Assembly: GCF_004010195.1 (NCBI RefSeq)
Contig: NC_057751.1
Span: 2,244,464 to 2,308,463 of the forward strand
Length of the DNA stretch: 64,000 nucleotides
Source: Chiloscyllium plagiosum
Lineage: Eukaryota
Direction: 5' to 3'
Each line of letters begins with the position of its first letter. Position 1 is the stretch's first letter. Shown in pieces: positions 1 through 12,601 of the stretch. The notes under the pieces are model-generated. The model searched no databases, was not told where the DNA came from, and saw only the letters and a program-made list of their open reading frames with translations. The translations under genes and the position numbers were made by a program.

Positions 1-287
1 CTTTTTCCACGTATGGAGTCAGTTATTACAAGGGGGCATAGCTTTAAATTAAGGGGGGGGGGGTAGGTATAGGACAGATGGTACGGGTATGTTCTTTACT
101 CAGCGAGTCGTGAGTTCATGGACTGCCCTGCCAGTAGCAGTGGTGGACTCTCCCTCATTATGGGCATTTAAGCGGGCATTGGATAGGCATATGGAGGATA
201 GTGGGCTAGTGTAGGTTAGATGGGCTTGGATCGGCGCAACATCGAGGGTCGAAGGGCCTGTACTGCGCTGTATTCTTCTATGTTCTA
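1..287 (+). mobile_element. CR1 (HER1-like) LINE 3' end
   Basis: ORF2 C-terminal remnant, then the CR1 3' UTR GGGTCGAAGGGCCTGTACTGCGCTGTA and a TTCTATGTTCTA tail, as in the other CR1 copies here. Confidence 0.85.
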
Positions 288-289
288 AG

Positions 290-600
290 ACGACACTAAG
301 GCAGGTGACCAAAAGCCTGGTCAAAGAGGTAAGCTTTAAGGAAGAACTTAAAGGGGGTGAAAGACTGAAAAAGGCTGAGGAAGAAAATTCCTGAGTTTAG
401 GACGCAGGGAGCTGAAAGGACAACCACAAATGGTGCAGTGATAGAAATTGGGATGGGAAAGAGGGTTCTTTGGGGGAGTTGGTGGATTGGAGGAAGTTAC
501 AGAGATTGGGAGGGGGTATGAGGCCACAATGGGATTTGAAACAAGGATTAGAACTGAGTATGTGATGAACTGCGAAAAGAGTGAGATTAAAACAGAGAGG
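290..600 (-). mobile_element. old L2-like LINE fragment
   Basis: GGTGACCAAAAGCCTGGTCAAAGAGGTAAG motif recurs at about 17000 and 27690; degenerate. Confidence 0.45.
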
Positions 601-2209
601 AAATGCAAACTGTACCTAATTGCAAGTTTTATGAAGAAAAGTAAAGGTGTAACATTTCTTTCCTCTTTCAGACACAGGTTCCTGTGGTAAACAAGAAGAT
701 TAAAGAGATGGATAAAATACACAGCTACGCAGATCCAAGGAATGGATACTCATTTAGTGCATGTGTCCGTGCCAGTGGGGCTTGGGTAGCTATTTCCTTT
801 TTCATCGTGACAACCCTGGCATCATAAGAGCGTCAGGGAGCCCTTGAAGATTGCCTATTTCCATCTTATTTCATTGAAAAGTGATACCCCTGAGGAGATA
901 ATAAAAAGACAACAAATTGAATTTTAAGGGAGAGAGGGCAAGGGAAGGTTGTAATTGCTTTGGTAGAATTGTCCCAACAAAGTCTTGGTCCCCAAAGCAT
1001 TGGCTTTTCACAGATACAATGCTGTGAGCATTTTGGGACCTTGCTTCCTTCAAGAAGAAAAAAGAGTGACTGCCTCTTCAAGCCTAGCTGTATGCCGGAA
1101 TCCTCAGCATTGGGCTGCTTATTGGACTTGAGTAACCAGTTAGGCTTAAGCAAAGCCTTCCGAATTGGATCACCATACATTCCTCACCCAACGGCCAAGG
1201 CCGAAGGACAGGATTCTAATTTGGTGACATGGCTGCAATGATTTAATGGTTGTATAAAACCACTACTCGTTTTACTGTATGTACGTTTTATTCCCCCATG
1301 TGCTGTTCTTGGAGTTGAGGAAAGGTTCTGGTGTGTTAGAATTACCACTCTTTTCTACACTCAAAATCATTTATACCGATGAGAGCATAAGAGATCTATT
1401 TACCTGTAAAAAAAATGTTTTCTCTTTTGTTTCTGAACTTTCTAGAAGTGTGTTTCATGTAGTAATAGTTGTCTAACCCCAGCTTGCATTGCTTCCGCGA
1501 GCTGCTTGTGGAATTATACCATGATTGAATAGTGTATTATTTCAATATCATAAACAGGAATATATCTCTACTAAGGAAACTACTTAAGACTTCATCTGTT
1601 ATTTTCTTTCTTAATTCTCTTGTTAGTTGAAGTAGCATTTAAAGAAACAGTGTTTTAGTGGTGCGTTTGAGAGAGGAAGTGGTCAGTTCAAGAATAAAGT
1701 TACCTTCAGCCTGCCCTTTCGAAACTATTTCACAGCAGAAGAGAGCTATGTGATCTCAGTAAATATATTGTCAAAGCCAAACTCTGCATATTCACACTAG
1801 AATTGGGAAGCACCCTTGAGTAAAAGATGAGATCCTACTTTGAGCCCTTGTGGCCACGTGAATCATTTTCTAACACTTTCTGATAATAACTGCTCTCTGA
1901 CTAAGGCTACCATCTTAGAAAATGTTGGCAAAAAATGAAGTTGTGACAGAATCAGGAGGAATTAGAGCCTGTATCACTAATTGATCAGATCAAAATTGAT
2001 CTGTATGTCACCTCCATTTTTCAACCTTTACTCTACATCCCTCGATACCCTGAAATGAATACTCCAAATTAACTACCAACATCCATAGCCTTTTGGAGAA
2101 AGACACTCAAATTTCTTCTGCAAATTGTGTGAAAAATTTGCAGATTCAACTCCTGAAATACCTAGTGTGAACGTGAGGTGTGGAATCAACTGGCTAGTAC
2201 TACTGAGTA

Positions 2210-2570
2210 TTAAACTAAATAACACTGAAGGAAGGGAGTTGCAAAGTGATAATGAAGTGAACAAGTGAACTAAAATATTGAGCCATTATTCTGGGGACAT
2301 GGGTCGAAATTTCACCATAGGAGATGGTGGAATTTGAATTTCATAAAATCTAGAATCAAAAGCGGGAAACTACTGCAAATTGATGTATACACCTGGTTAA
2401 CCAATGTCCAGTAAAGAAGGAAATCTATCATTCTTGCCTGGTCTAGCCTGCTTGTGACTCCAAACCAACAGCAATGTGGTTGACTCTTAGATGCTCTCTG
2501 GGTCACCAGGATGGGCAACAAATGCTGGCCCAGTCAGTAATGTTTACATTCTGCAAATAAATTTTTAATA
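2210..2570 (+). mobile_element. tRNA-headed SINE sharing its 5' part with the LINE at 19403-26785
   Basis: B-box-like GGGTCGAAATT, body GGTCTAGCCTGCTTGTGACTCCAAACC...GGTTGACTCTT, tail GGATGGGCAACAAATGCTGGCC; similar to 3860-4180 and 11156-11661. Confidence 0.75.
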
Positions 2571-3060
2571 AAACACTCTGAGGCAACAGTTATGTTTGTG
2601 AAATAATACAAGAGTTAAATGATGGATGGATGCCATAAGTTTGAACCTTTGGAAATGTGCCAAATAATTCACCCCCTCCAGCCTGCAATGGTTTTCAAAT
2701 TTAATCTGTTTCTGATCATATAGGCTTTTTATTTACTGAGAAGGTCAGCACTGCACAATTGTCAGAGTTGGTCCCGGATATTCCATTTAAAAAATACAAG
2801 CTTCTGTGGAATGGTTTGTTTTTACCAAGTGGATGAGCTCTAGTCATTACAGCTCAGTCAGCGCAAGACTCTCCATCCATTTGTTTCAGTCAGTGCTAAT
2901 ACGTCCTCACAGAATGGGTCTGTGAAGTGTAAAGACTGAAGCTCTAAGTATCTTATACATCCCAAGAAAGACATCGTGACATCCTATGATGCTGTTCACT
3001 GCCGATTTGAAGTCCCACTAAAGTATGACCTCTCAAGCATGACAGAAACTAAGTACTCAC

Positions 3061-3150
3061 AGGGAATGTACACCACACACAGACTGTTACTTAATCGATG
3101 AGACTAATTTGATGTCTATTTGTAGTTTTCAGTTCCAAATGAAGCTTCTT
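3061..3150 (-). other. putative non-coding exon (90 bp)
   Basis: Acceptor GTTTTCTTTTCAG and donor CCT|GTGAGT; stops in all three frames. Confidence 0.35.
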
Positions 3151-3859
3151 CTGAAAAGAAAACTGGTGATATCATTTACTGCTGTTATACAGATCTCTGG
3201 TGAAAGTAAATGAATAGTGTACCACATAACTGTTACGAAGCTGTTATAAACTTATATTGGATAATTCAGGTTTGACAGCACCAAGATTAATTTTACTACA
3301 GTGGTAATTTAGGTGCTGAGGGTCTTGGATCTTATTTGGGCCCAAAACACAACTCTTAGTGACAGCAGTGAGGAGTCAAGTTAACTTTTCATTTGTGAAT
3401 CGACAATTACATAGGAGTTGTTGAGTTCTTTAGCTTCTCACAAATGTTCATCAGAGGACAAGGTGAGGTGAAATGAGAATGTGGATTCTTCACTTGAAGG
3501 TAAGACTCTATACAGATAATGGTAACCAGGACTGCTGCTTTGTTCGGTCTACAGATATTATGGAATTCTACAGCACAAGATGTCTGTTGGTGATAAATGA
3601 TGGACAAAAGTTTGAGATACCTGAAGGTACATTGACACATCACAATACCAGTGTGTTTGAAGGCAAAACCTCAGGATCTTATCTCAAGCCTATCTGATGA
3701 AGTTTCTCAGTGCCTGTACATTAGTGTTTTATAATCAAGTGTAGCAAAGGAGGCCTGACAGAGTTGCAGAGGATAATGATGGCATTTTTAGATGAGACAA
3801 ACAAAGGAAATCTGTTCCCAGTAGCAGAAGGGAGCTGATAGAGCAGCAACGGTCGAATG

Positions 3860-4180
3860 GTATTATTGCTAGACCAATAATAGAAAGCCAGGAAATGATC
3901 AGGGGTGTGGGTTGAAATCCTGCCATGGCAGATGGTGCAATTTTAATTCAATTTAAAATTCGGAATTAAGATTGTCATGATGACCCTGAAACTATTGTCA
4001 ACTGTTGGAAAGACCCCATCTGGTTCACTCATGTTCTTTAGGGAAGGAAACTGCTGTCCTTATGTAGTCTGGCCTACATGGGATTCCAGACACACACCAA
4101 GATGATTGATTCTTTACTGCCCCCTGGACAATTAGAGATGGGCAATAAGTGCTGGCCCACATCCCTTGAATGAATAAAAA
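3860..4180 (+). mobile_element. tRNA-headed SINE (same family as 11156-11661)
   Basis: B box GGTTGAAATCC; CCCATCTGGTTCACTCATGTTCTTTAGGGAAGGAAA body; GGACAATTAGAGATGGGCAATAA tail ending GAATGAATAAAA. Confidence 0.8.
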
Positions 4181-4594
4181 CAAAGTGAAACAATGGACAC
4201 AGATATTTGGTTTTGGGAGAAAGATGCAAAGAGGGTGATATTAAAAATAATTCTTTGATGCAGTTTGTGGCAATCACATTTACTTATCAGCTCAGGACAG
4301 TAGTGGAAATTGATTTTGCCAGTCCATCAAAAAGAACTTGGTGAAGCACTGAGGAAAATCAATTTGCACATCTATAGGGTTTGACTGGTAACAGGGAACT
4401 GAGCAGATTGTCAAGTATGAGCCAGTATGGTCTCCAAGGGCTGAAGGGAATCTACCCAGACCATAATAACTCAAAGGCTCTGACTTGATGCCAATGTTTC
4501 TGTGCAATTTCATGTTCAAACAGAGATTCAAAAATTCTGTGGTTGGCACCTTCCCTCTTGGAGGAGTGCAAAGTCCTTCATCTTTACAAACTAA

Positions 4595-5052
4595 AGACTT
4601 GCATTTCTTGAACCTCTTTCACAACACCGTGATGTTACAAGTACTTTACCAGTGAAGGAGCCCTTTTGAAGTGCAGGGATAAAAACTGTCCAACCCATCT
4701 GTAATAATGTGCCTGCTACTCTCTGAATCAGGCCAATGGAACTTTTCTGATATATCTGAGAGGAAGGTGAATAATAAAGTCAAAGTGCTGGAGAAACTTA
4801 GCAGGTCTGACAGCATCTGTTAAGAAGAAAAATGAGTGAGCCTTCTTATTTCAATTGTATATTATTTTTAGAACAGGGAAAATCAGGACTCTGTTTAATG
4901 CCTCATCCAAAATACAGCATGTCTGACACTGTATTCACTCCATCAGTACTGCACTGAAAGGATCAGCCTCAACTTTTGCGCTTACCTCTCAGGAATGGGA
5001 CATGAACCCATAACTTTACGACTGAAGTCACAAGAGCACCACTCACTGAGCC
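4595..5052 (-). mobile_element. SacSINE1-like DeuSINE, interrupted by a PLE terminal fragment (about 4770-4870)
   Basis: tRNA-like head at 5000-5052 (rc GGCTCAGTGAGTGG...GGGTTCATGTCCC); Deu-domain-like rc TTTTGGATGAGGCATTAAACAGAG; L2-type tail rc AAATGCAAGTC. Confidence 0.65.
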
Positions 5053-6010
5053 TGTTACATTCTTATTTTCGGATGATGGAATGAAAATGAGAAAGATGGA
5101 TATAGCTGTGAAAAGGAGAGAATGTAGTAGGAGTTATTTACAGTTTTGTAAAAGCAAGTGTAGCTAACGGATGCGTATGTAACAATGTTTCTTCTGGAGA
5201 CACTGCGAGACAAGACAGCATCAGCTATGAGTGTTTCCTGTGCAAATCTGGCCATTTAGAGCCTTTTCATTAAATTCATTAAATCTGTATCACTTGTTAC
5301 AGATTTAGGAGGCTTCAGCACAGGAAGAAGCCTCTGATTGGTCAGCTTGAAGTTAAATATAGTCTCTGAGGTGAGTGAAACAGAAGAAGATAAAACCCTA
5401 GAGGCCAGAAACACCAATATCCCTCTCTCTGTTCCCATGCTCTAAAAAAAACCTGCCTTCTCCAACTCTGTCAAGAGAGCTCGGAAAACTACATTCACAG
5501 TTGCTGGCAGGAAGAATACAAAAGCTCACAGGAGCAACAAAAACCCCACGTCCAATCAACAAAACAGTGAATTAGAATATTCATCGCTTTACAAATAATA
5601 TCAAGGTAGCAAGGAAGAAAGGAAAAGGACTATGGGGCGAACACATAGATTTTTAAAAATGATTTTGGACTGATGATGCAGAACTGTATTCCTGTTTTCT
5701 TCCCTCTCGACTCATAATATTTGTCTGTCTGTTTTTCTTTGTATGCGTATGTATTTTAAAAGTTATATAGTTCAAGTTGCTCAGATTAGAAATCCAGTTC
5801 CTTTATTGTTCCCGTTGAAGTGACAAGTGTTACAATAAATAGCTTTCTTTACTGTTACAGAAAAAACCTGAAAAAGTGTGTTTTTATCCAGGGTGCGGTT
5901 AGTCGAAAGCAAATTGGAATGTGTGATTGTTTTGTTAAATTTTCAAAATTGTCACAACTCCAAAAATAGTGGGGTTTGATTTCCAGTGCACTACCCAAGT
6001 GTATCATAAT
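5053..6010 (+). mobile_element. probable degenerate solo LTR
   Basis: Starts TGTTAC and ends CCCAAGTGTATCATAA, resembling the LTR end at 54543; no internal coding region and no clear TSD. Confidence 0.45.
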
Positions 6011-7099
6011 ATGGTGAACAATGTGCTCAAATCTCCGTCAGACATAAGTATGAAAAATGCCAATGCACTATTTCAAAAAAAAACAGACGGGTTCTCCTGC
6101 CAGTCATTTGTTGCAACTGGTCAGGTGCCAGGAAACCCCACAGTGTATTTTAAAAAGAGCCTGCACACTTGGAGCTCAGTACACAAGTGGAGCAGGACCA
6201 GCTGTGAAGAATTCTCTATCCTTGCACACTCTTTATGTGGTGAACAATTAGCCAAAAGCCATTTCAACAGTGTAAAAACATCGAACATCTCTGTTATATG
6301 CCCTTCAGCTGAAATACTTATGCTTGATAAACAGACTAAATGTTATTTCTGGAAATATGATGAGGTGGTTTCTGTTGTCACTCAAATTTCATTGTTATGT
6401 TTTGCCAGTTTCATGTCAGTGACAAGAGTCACAAAGAACACATTAACACAACAGAAGCTTTTCATACAACCACATATTTGAAGGTATCTCCTTTTTTTGC
6501 AAATGTTGGACATGACAATCAAATAGCAGTAAAGCCTTTGGACTGTCTGCGGTCAAAATGGAGCTGGGAAAAATGTCATACGATCAATAACACAGCATTA
6601 GCAATGCTTTGTGAAAGTTTTGCGTTGTGGCTTGCGACGCAACCAGATCAGCACAAAGACCCTGCTCTTGGAGCAAGCACATTGAATTCAGAGGAAAAAT
6701 TTACCTTGCTACAATCTCGTATGCATGATGACACCTGTGAAGACAATCAGAACGCCACACCAGATGATTGCACCGTGATTCAAAGATGATAGGGTTGCAT
6801 GTTTCTGTATTGGGTACTCATGTGAGGCCAATTCTTAACCTGCAGATCTTTGGGAACATTGGGAGGACATCCCTTAAGGTAGGACATTTGAAATGTGCCT
6901 CCTTTTCTTCATGTCACTGCTGCCATTGTCTTGTGATTAAGACTTTATGTATCAAAATAGAATGTGGTTTGATGGACATGTTGTTGCCCTTTTGAACATC
7001 TTGAGGCAAGATCCTTCCAGTCATTACTGCCAAGGCTGCTGCACTTCAAAGAAAGCTTTAGAGTTTCTTTGCTGCATTTTCATACTTAGGAAGGATGTA

Positions 7100-7510
7100 A
7101 CAATATCACACAGAACGCAAAAAGGATTTACAATGTCAGTTCCAAGGTGAGAAACTTCAGTTACTTGATCAGCTGGAGACGCAGGCGTTGTTCTCCTTGT
7201 CGTAGCTGAGATGAGTTTGAACAGAGATATTCAACATTATGAAGGGTCTGGACAGCATGAAAACTGTATCCTTTTTGTCGGGGTCAAGATGAAAAAAACA
7301 CGTGAAATACTGTCTAAAGCAATGGAAAACTGATGAAAATGTTTTCACACATTGAATGGTTAGGATTGAAGTTCGATACTTCTGACTGTGGTGAAAACAG
7401 GTTTAATTATGAGGCTTAAAGGAATTGGACAAACCCCGAAAGAGAAATAATTTGCAGGGCTACAGGGAAAGTCCAGGAGAGGAGGACTGGATAAAATTTA
7501 TAGAGCTAGC
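7100..7510 (+). mobile_element. old CR1 3' fragment
   Basis: Degenerate match to the CR1 ORF2 C-terminus and 3' UTR seen at 23700-24190. Confidence 0.55.
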
Positions 7511-7671
7511 ACAGACACAAACAAAAACATGAACTGCTGGAGAAACTCAGCAGTCAGGCTGCATCTGTGAACAGATGAAAGTAAGGATTGCAGATGCTGG
7601 AGATCAGAATCGAAATGTATGGTGCTGGAAAAGCACAGCAGAAGAGGCAGCAGCTAAGGAGCAGGGGAATC

Positions 7672-7699
7672 GACGTTTCGGGAACAAACCCTTCATCAG
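7672..7699 (-). ncRNA. minimal hammerhead ribozyme core (PLE type)
   Basis: rc reads CTGATGA-AGGGTTTGTTCCC-GAAACGTC. Confidence 0.7.
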
Positions 7700-8816
7700 G
7701 AATGTGGGGTGTGGGACGAAGAGGGCTGAGAGAGGTAAGAAGGAAGGGGGTGGGACTGGAGGGAAGATAGCTGGGAAGGTAATTGGTCGATGCAGGGAGG
7801 TTATGATGGTGTTAGGGTGGAGGGTGGAGCTGATAGGTGGGAAGGAAGATGGACAGGTAATACATTTCAAGAGGGTGGTGCCAAGTTGGAGGGCTGGATC
7901 TGGGATGAGGTGGGGGGAAGGAGGGATGAAGAAGCTGGTGAAATTTATATTGATGCCGTGTGATTGGAGAGTCCCAAGAGTCTCGATTGGAAGACCACAT
8001 CGAGAGCAATGGACACAGTAGATGAGGTGTTTGGATGTGCAGGAAAATCTCTGCTGGATGTGGAAGGATCCTTTGGGGCGTTGGATGGAGGTGAGGTGGT
8101 GGGGGGTTGTGAGCGCAGACTTTACACCTCTTGCAGTGGCAAGGGAAGGTGCGAGGAGTGGAAGGTGGGTTGGTGGTGGGGGTGGACCTAACGAGGGAAT
8201 GGCAGAAGGAATGGTCTCTGCAGAATGCTGATAGGGGTGAGGAGGGAAATATATCTCTGGTGGTGGGGTCTGACTGTGGGTGGCAGAAATGGCAGTGATG
8301 CATTGTATCTAGAGTTTGGTGGGGTTGAAGGTAAGGACCAGGAGAGTTCTATCCTTGTTGAGGTTGGAGAGGTGAGGTTCAAGGACAGAGGTAATGAAGG
8401 TGGAGGTGATGTGCTGGTGTGTATTGTTGGCACATGGGAGGGGCAATTGCAGTCCTTGAAGTTAGAGGCCATCTGAGATGTTCTAGAGTGGAATTGCTCC
8501 TCCTGGGAGCAGATATGGTGGAGTCAGAATAATTGGGAATGAGGGATAGCATTTTTACAGGAAGGGGGTGGAAGGAGGTGCAGCTCATTCAGCTGTGGGA
8601 GTCAGTGAGGTAGATATCCGTGTTGAGTTGCTTGCCAGAAATGGAGATGGACAAGTCCAGGGTGGGGAGGGAGGTGTCCGAGATGATACAGGGCGGACCA
8701 TCTCGGACACCTCCCTCCCTTTCTTAGACCTCTTCATCTCCATTTCCGGCGACTGACTCAACACATACATCTTCCTTTCTCACTTTCCATCCCACTAATC
8801 TCAAGATACAGCACAT

Positions 8817-9056
8817 GGAATAAAAGCAAATTACTGCGGATGCTGGAATCTGAAACCAAAAGAGAAAATGCTGGAAAATCTCAGCAGGTCTGGCAGCATC
8901 TGGAAGGAGAGAAAAGAGCTGACGTTTTGAGTCTAAGTGACCCTTTGTCAAAGCTTTCACAAAGGGTCAGTTTGACTCGAAACATCAGCTCTTTTCTCTC
9001 CTTACAGATGCTGCCAGGCCTGCTGAGATTTTTCAGCATTTCCTCTTTTGGTTCCG
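8817..9056. mobile_element. 240-bp palindromic PLE-terminus unit with 12-bp TSD
   Basis: Inverted arms centred near 8950; TSD GATACAGCACAT at 8805-8816 and 9057-9068. Confidence 0.85.
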
Positions 9057-9862
9057 GATACAGCACATTGTCCTCTGCCATTTCTGCCATCTATCGTCAG
9101 ACCTCACCACCACAGATATATTTCTCTCCCCACCCCTGTCAGCATTCTACAGAGACCATTCCCTCTGTGACTCCCTCATTAGGTCCATGCGCCCCACCAA
9201 CCCACTGTCCACTCCTGGCACCTTCCCCTGCCACTAAGAGGTGTAAAACCTGTGCCCACACCTCTCACCCTCACCTCCATCCAAGGCCCCAAAGGATCCT
9301 TCCACATCCGACAGAGATTTTCCTGCACATCAAAACACTTATCTACTGTGTCCGTTGCTCTCGATGTGATCACTTCTACAGTGGGGAGACAGGACGCCAA
9401 GTTGTGTAATATTTCAGAGAACATCTCTGGGACATATGCACCAAACAATCACACCGCCCTGTGGCTGACCACTTCAATTCTCCCTCCCACTCTGCCAAGG
9501 GCATGCAGCTCCAGGGCCTCTTCCACCACCAAATCCTAGCCATCCGATGCATGGAGGAAGAATGCCTCATCTTCCACCTTGGGACCCTCCAACCAGATGG
9601 GATCAATGTGAATTTCACCAGTTTCCTCAACTTCCCTCCCCCACCTCATTCCAGATACAATACTCCAACTTGGCCCCACTGTCTTGAACTGTCCTACCTG
9701 GCCATCTTCCTTCCCACCTACCTACTCCACCCTCCGCTCCGACCTATCACCATCACTATCACCACTCCCCTGCATCTACCAATCACCTTCCCAGCTAACT
9801 TCCCCCAGCCCAAACTCCTCCTACTTATCTCTCTCAGCCCCTTCCTCCCCAACCCCACATTC

Positions 9863-9890
9863 CTGATGAAGGGCTTTTGCCCGAAACGTT
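9863..9890 (+). ncRNA. minimal hammerhead ribozyme core (PLE type)
   Basis: CTGATGA-AGGGCTTTTGCCC-GAAACGTT with intact stem II. Confidence 0.75.
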
Positions 9891-11155
9891 GATTCTCCTG
9901 CTCCTCGGATTCTCCTGCTGTACTCTTCCAGCATCACACTTTTCAACTCTGAATCTGTGATGAGAACATTAACTCTGCTTCCTCTCCACAGATGCTGCTA
10001 CACCTGTAGAGCTTCTGCAGCAATTTCTGTTTTTATTTCAGATTTCCAGCATCTGTCTTTTTTTCGTTTTTTTTGGGCACATACAGAACTCTTGTATCGT
10101 AACAATTCTTTGATTAACATTAATAACTTTTACTCCCCAATGTCATGTTCTGGGGCTTCTGACATCAACAAATCAGCCCAAAAATAAAGAGTTATTCTGC
10201 ATATCTATATATATATCATTCTTAGTTATCCTCAGGAGTGCTCATAAATTACAAATTAAGTTCAGTTACGGTAACTACGGACACAAACATGCCAACGAAT
10301 ATGGGAACAGCAAAGTCTCGCAAACCACAACTAATTAACTAATTCATCAACTGATCTTTGTTATCCACAAAGATTGTTCAGCACGTTCGATTTGAATCGA
10401 TCCATACGAATGTTTACAGTTGACATGAATCAATGACAGCAACACATACCTTCGTACGCACCTGTGGGAGAAAACATATTTTGGGTTCAAGATATTGTCC
10501 GGAAGCTGGCATCTCTGGCAATGAAGCACTCCATTGCACTGACAATAAACTGCTGAAAACCTGAAGCCGAGGACAAATGTTTCGATTGTCGACTTGGGAT
10601 CCCTCCAGCTTTCTGGATTTAATTTCAAATTCAACAATTTTTGGGCTTGAGCATCTTTCCCCATGCATCCCCCAACTGCACAGACCAAGCCTTGTTATTA
10701 GATCTACCACATACTACCTATTGTAAGGTACTAATTGTCCCCATTAACAGTTATTCATTTTTTTTTCTTTTTTTAACCGGAGGCACTCACTTTCTTGATT
10801 GTGTATCTTAAGCCAATAAAGGATGCCAGATAGGATAAAGCAGATGGACTGAGGATGACTTTCCAATTCCGACGAGAGTCAGGCAAGGTACCAGAGGACC
10901 GGAGTTCTACAAATGATGTACCATTATTCAACAATGTGCTACAGGTCAAATAATTGTAGGCCAGTCAGTTGACTTCAGTGGTCATTGAATTCCTCCAATC
11001 AATACTAAGAAACTGTTACTTGGAAACGCACTGAAGCCGGTATCCCATCACCAAGTCACCCACTATTTACCTGTGCACAGAATACTGGGTGTGACCAGTC
11101 AGCTCTGAGTCAGTCCCCATGAACTGAGGAGGTTCTAAATCCCCTGGTCATATTG

Positions 11156-11661
11156 TTTTTTCTTTATTCATTCACGGGATGAGGGCATCATTGGCTAGAC
11201 AGCATTTATTGCCCATCCCTAATTGCCCAGAGGGCAGTGAAGAGTCAACTATATTGTTGTGGGTCTGGAGTCATATGTAGGCCAGACCAGGTAAGGATGA
11301 CAATCAGGAGGCTGGAGGAACACAGCAAGCCAGGCAGCACCAGGAGGTGAAGTCAACATTCCCAAAGTTGCCTGGCTTGCTATACTCCACCAGCACTACC
11401 CATCCACCTTGGATTCCAGCATCTGCTGCTTTTTGTCTCAGACCAGGTAAGGATGTCAGTTTCCTTCTCTGAAAGGCATTAGTGAACCAGATGGGTTTTT
11501 CCGCTAATCGGCACATAGTTGTCAGTTGATTCTTAATTCCAGATATTTATTGAATTCAAATTCCTCTATATTCCATGGCAGGATTTGTACCAGGTCCCCA
11601 GAACATTATCTGGATCTCTGGATTAACAGTCCAGTGATAATACCACTAGATCACCGCCTCC
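11156..11661 (-). mobile_element. tRNA-headed SINE, interrupted at 11300-11438 by a small foldback PLE fragment
   Basis: Head rc GGCGGTGATCTAGTGGTATTATCACTGGAC; tail rc GGGCAATTAGGGATGGGCAATAAATGC...GAATGAATAAAG; insert TSD CAGACCAGGTAAGGATG at 11283-11299 and 11439-11455. Confidence 0.85.
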
Positions 11662-11929
11662 TCTATCCCCCGTTTGTACTTTTTTTTCCCAAAAAAGCAG
11701 AAACCAAGAGCAGCAGTAACACACTGACGGTAGCACCAGCCAGCACAGAGTCAGTGCCCTAAACTGAGGAGACTCTAAATCTCCTGGTTATATATTCTTT
11801 TTAACAGGTGTTCAAATTTTTAACCACTCCTTGGTCTGTTCAACTGTTTTTCTCTCTCTCTGGGCTGGATTTCCACTGACCGCTTCCCTTGTCCACTTTT
11901 CCCCACCCTCTCGTCCAGATAAAAACCAA

Positions 11930-12232
11930 CAGCACTGTGGCTCAGTGGTTAACACTGCTGCCTCACAGCACCAGGGTCCCAGATTCGATTCCAGCCTCAG
12001 ACGACTGTCTGTGTGGAGTTTGCACATTCCCCCCCTGTGTCTGCGTGGGTTTCCTCCCACAGTCCAAAGTTGTACAGGTCAGGTGAATTGGCCAAGCTAC
12101 ATTGCCCACAGTATTAAGTGCATTAGTCAGAGGGAAATGAGTCTGGCGGGTTACTCTTTGGAGGGTCAGTGTGGACTGGTTGGGCCGAAGGGCCTGCTTC
12201 CACACTGTAGGGGAATGTCATCTAATCTAATT
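11930..12232 (+). mobile_element. HE1 / V-SINE
   Basis: A box GTGGCTCAGTGGTT, B-box-like GATTCGATTCC, V domain GTGTGGAGTTTGCACATT...GGGTTTCCTCC, CR1-derived tail GGGCCGAAGGGCCTG ending (TCTAA)n. Confidence 0.9.
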
Positions 12233-12601
12233 CTTTCCTCATCATCATCAGTTCTGAAAATGGGGACTGAAACCAAAATGTTAATTCTGATTTCTCTCCA
12301 CAGATGCTGCCACACTTGCTGAGATTTTGTGTCAATTTTTGTTTTTGTGCTGATTGTGAGCTTTGACATGCTGCATCAGCAGAACTAAAGTGTAATTGAG
12401 GAAATTGAGAAGCTTAGCACCGCTATCTGACCCGCTGTGATCTCCAGTGTTTGTTGTTTTCAGTACAGATTCCTGAATCTTGGGTCTTGTGATTTTCTCA
12501 CCTGTTGTGCTACCAACTTGAAGGTGTTCTCTTTCAAGCATGCATATGCAACAAGAGACAAAGCACAAAACCGACCAACACTTTAGAAAAGTCTTTCTAT
12601 T

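Larger units (their letters stand above)
7575..9950. mobile_element. Penelope-like element, inverted (head-to-head) copy with GIY-YIG remnants
   Basis: 7575-8695 minus arm and 8695-9950 plus arm are homologous; plus arm encodes CKTCAH...LIYCVRCSRCDHFYSGETGR...VADHFNSPSHS; hammerhead cores at both outer ends. Confidence 0.9.

Noticed and set aside
5969..6789. ORFs of 170 and 130 aa in non-repeat sequence
   Set aside because: Non-ATG or weak starts, no recognisable domain and no coherent splice signals; consistent with chance ORFs
11015..11812. Two roughly 70-bp similar segments (about 11085-11152 and 11725-11795) flanking the SINE as a long TSD
   Set aside because: Diverged and not abutting the SINE ends; more likely internal repeats of an older LTR-like element that I cannot delimit
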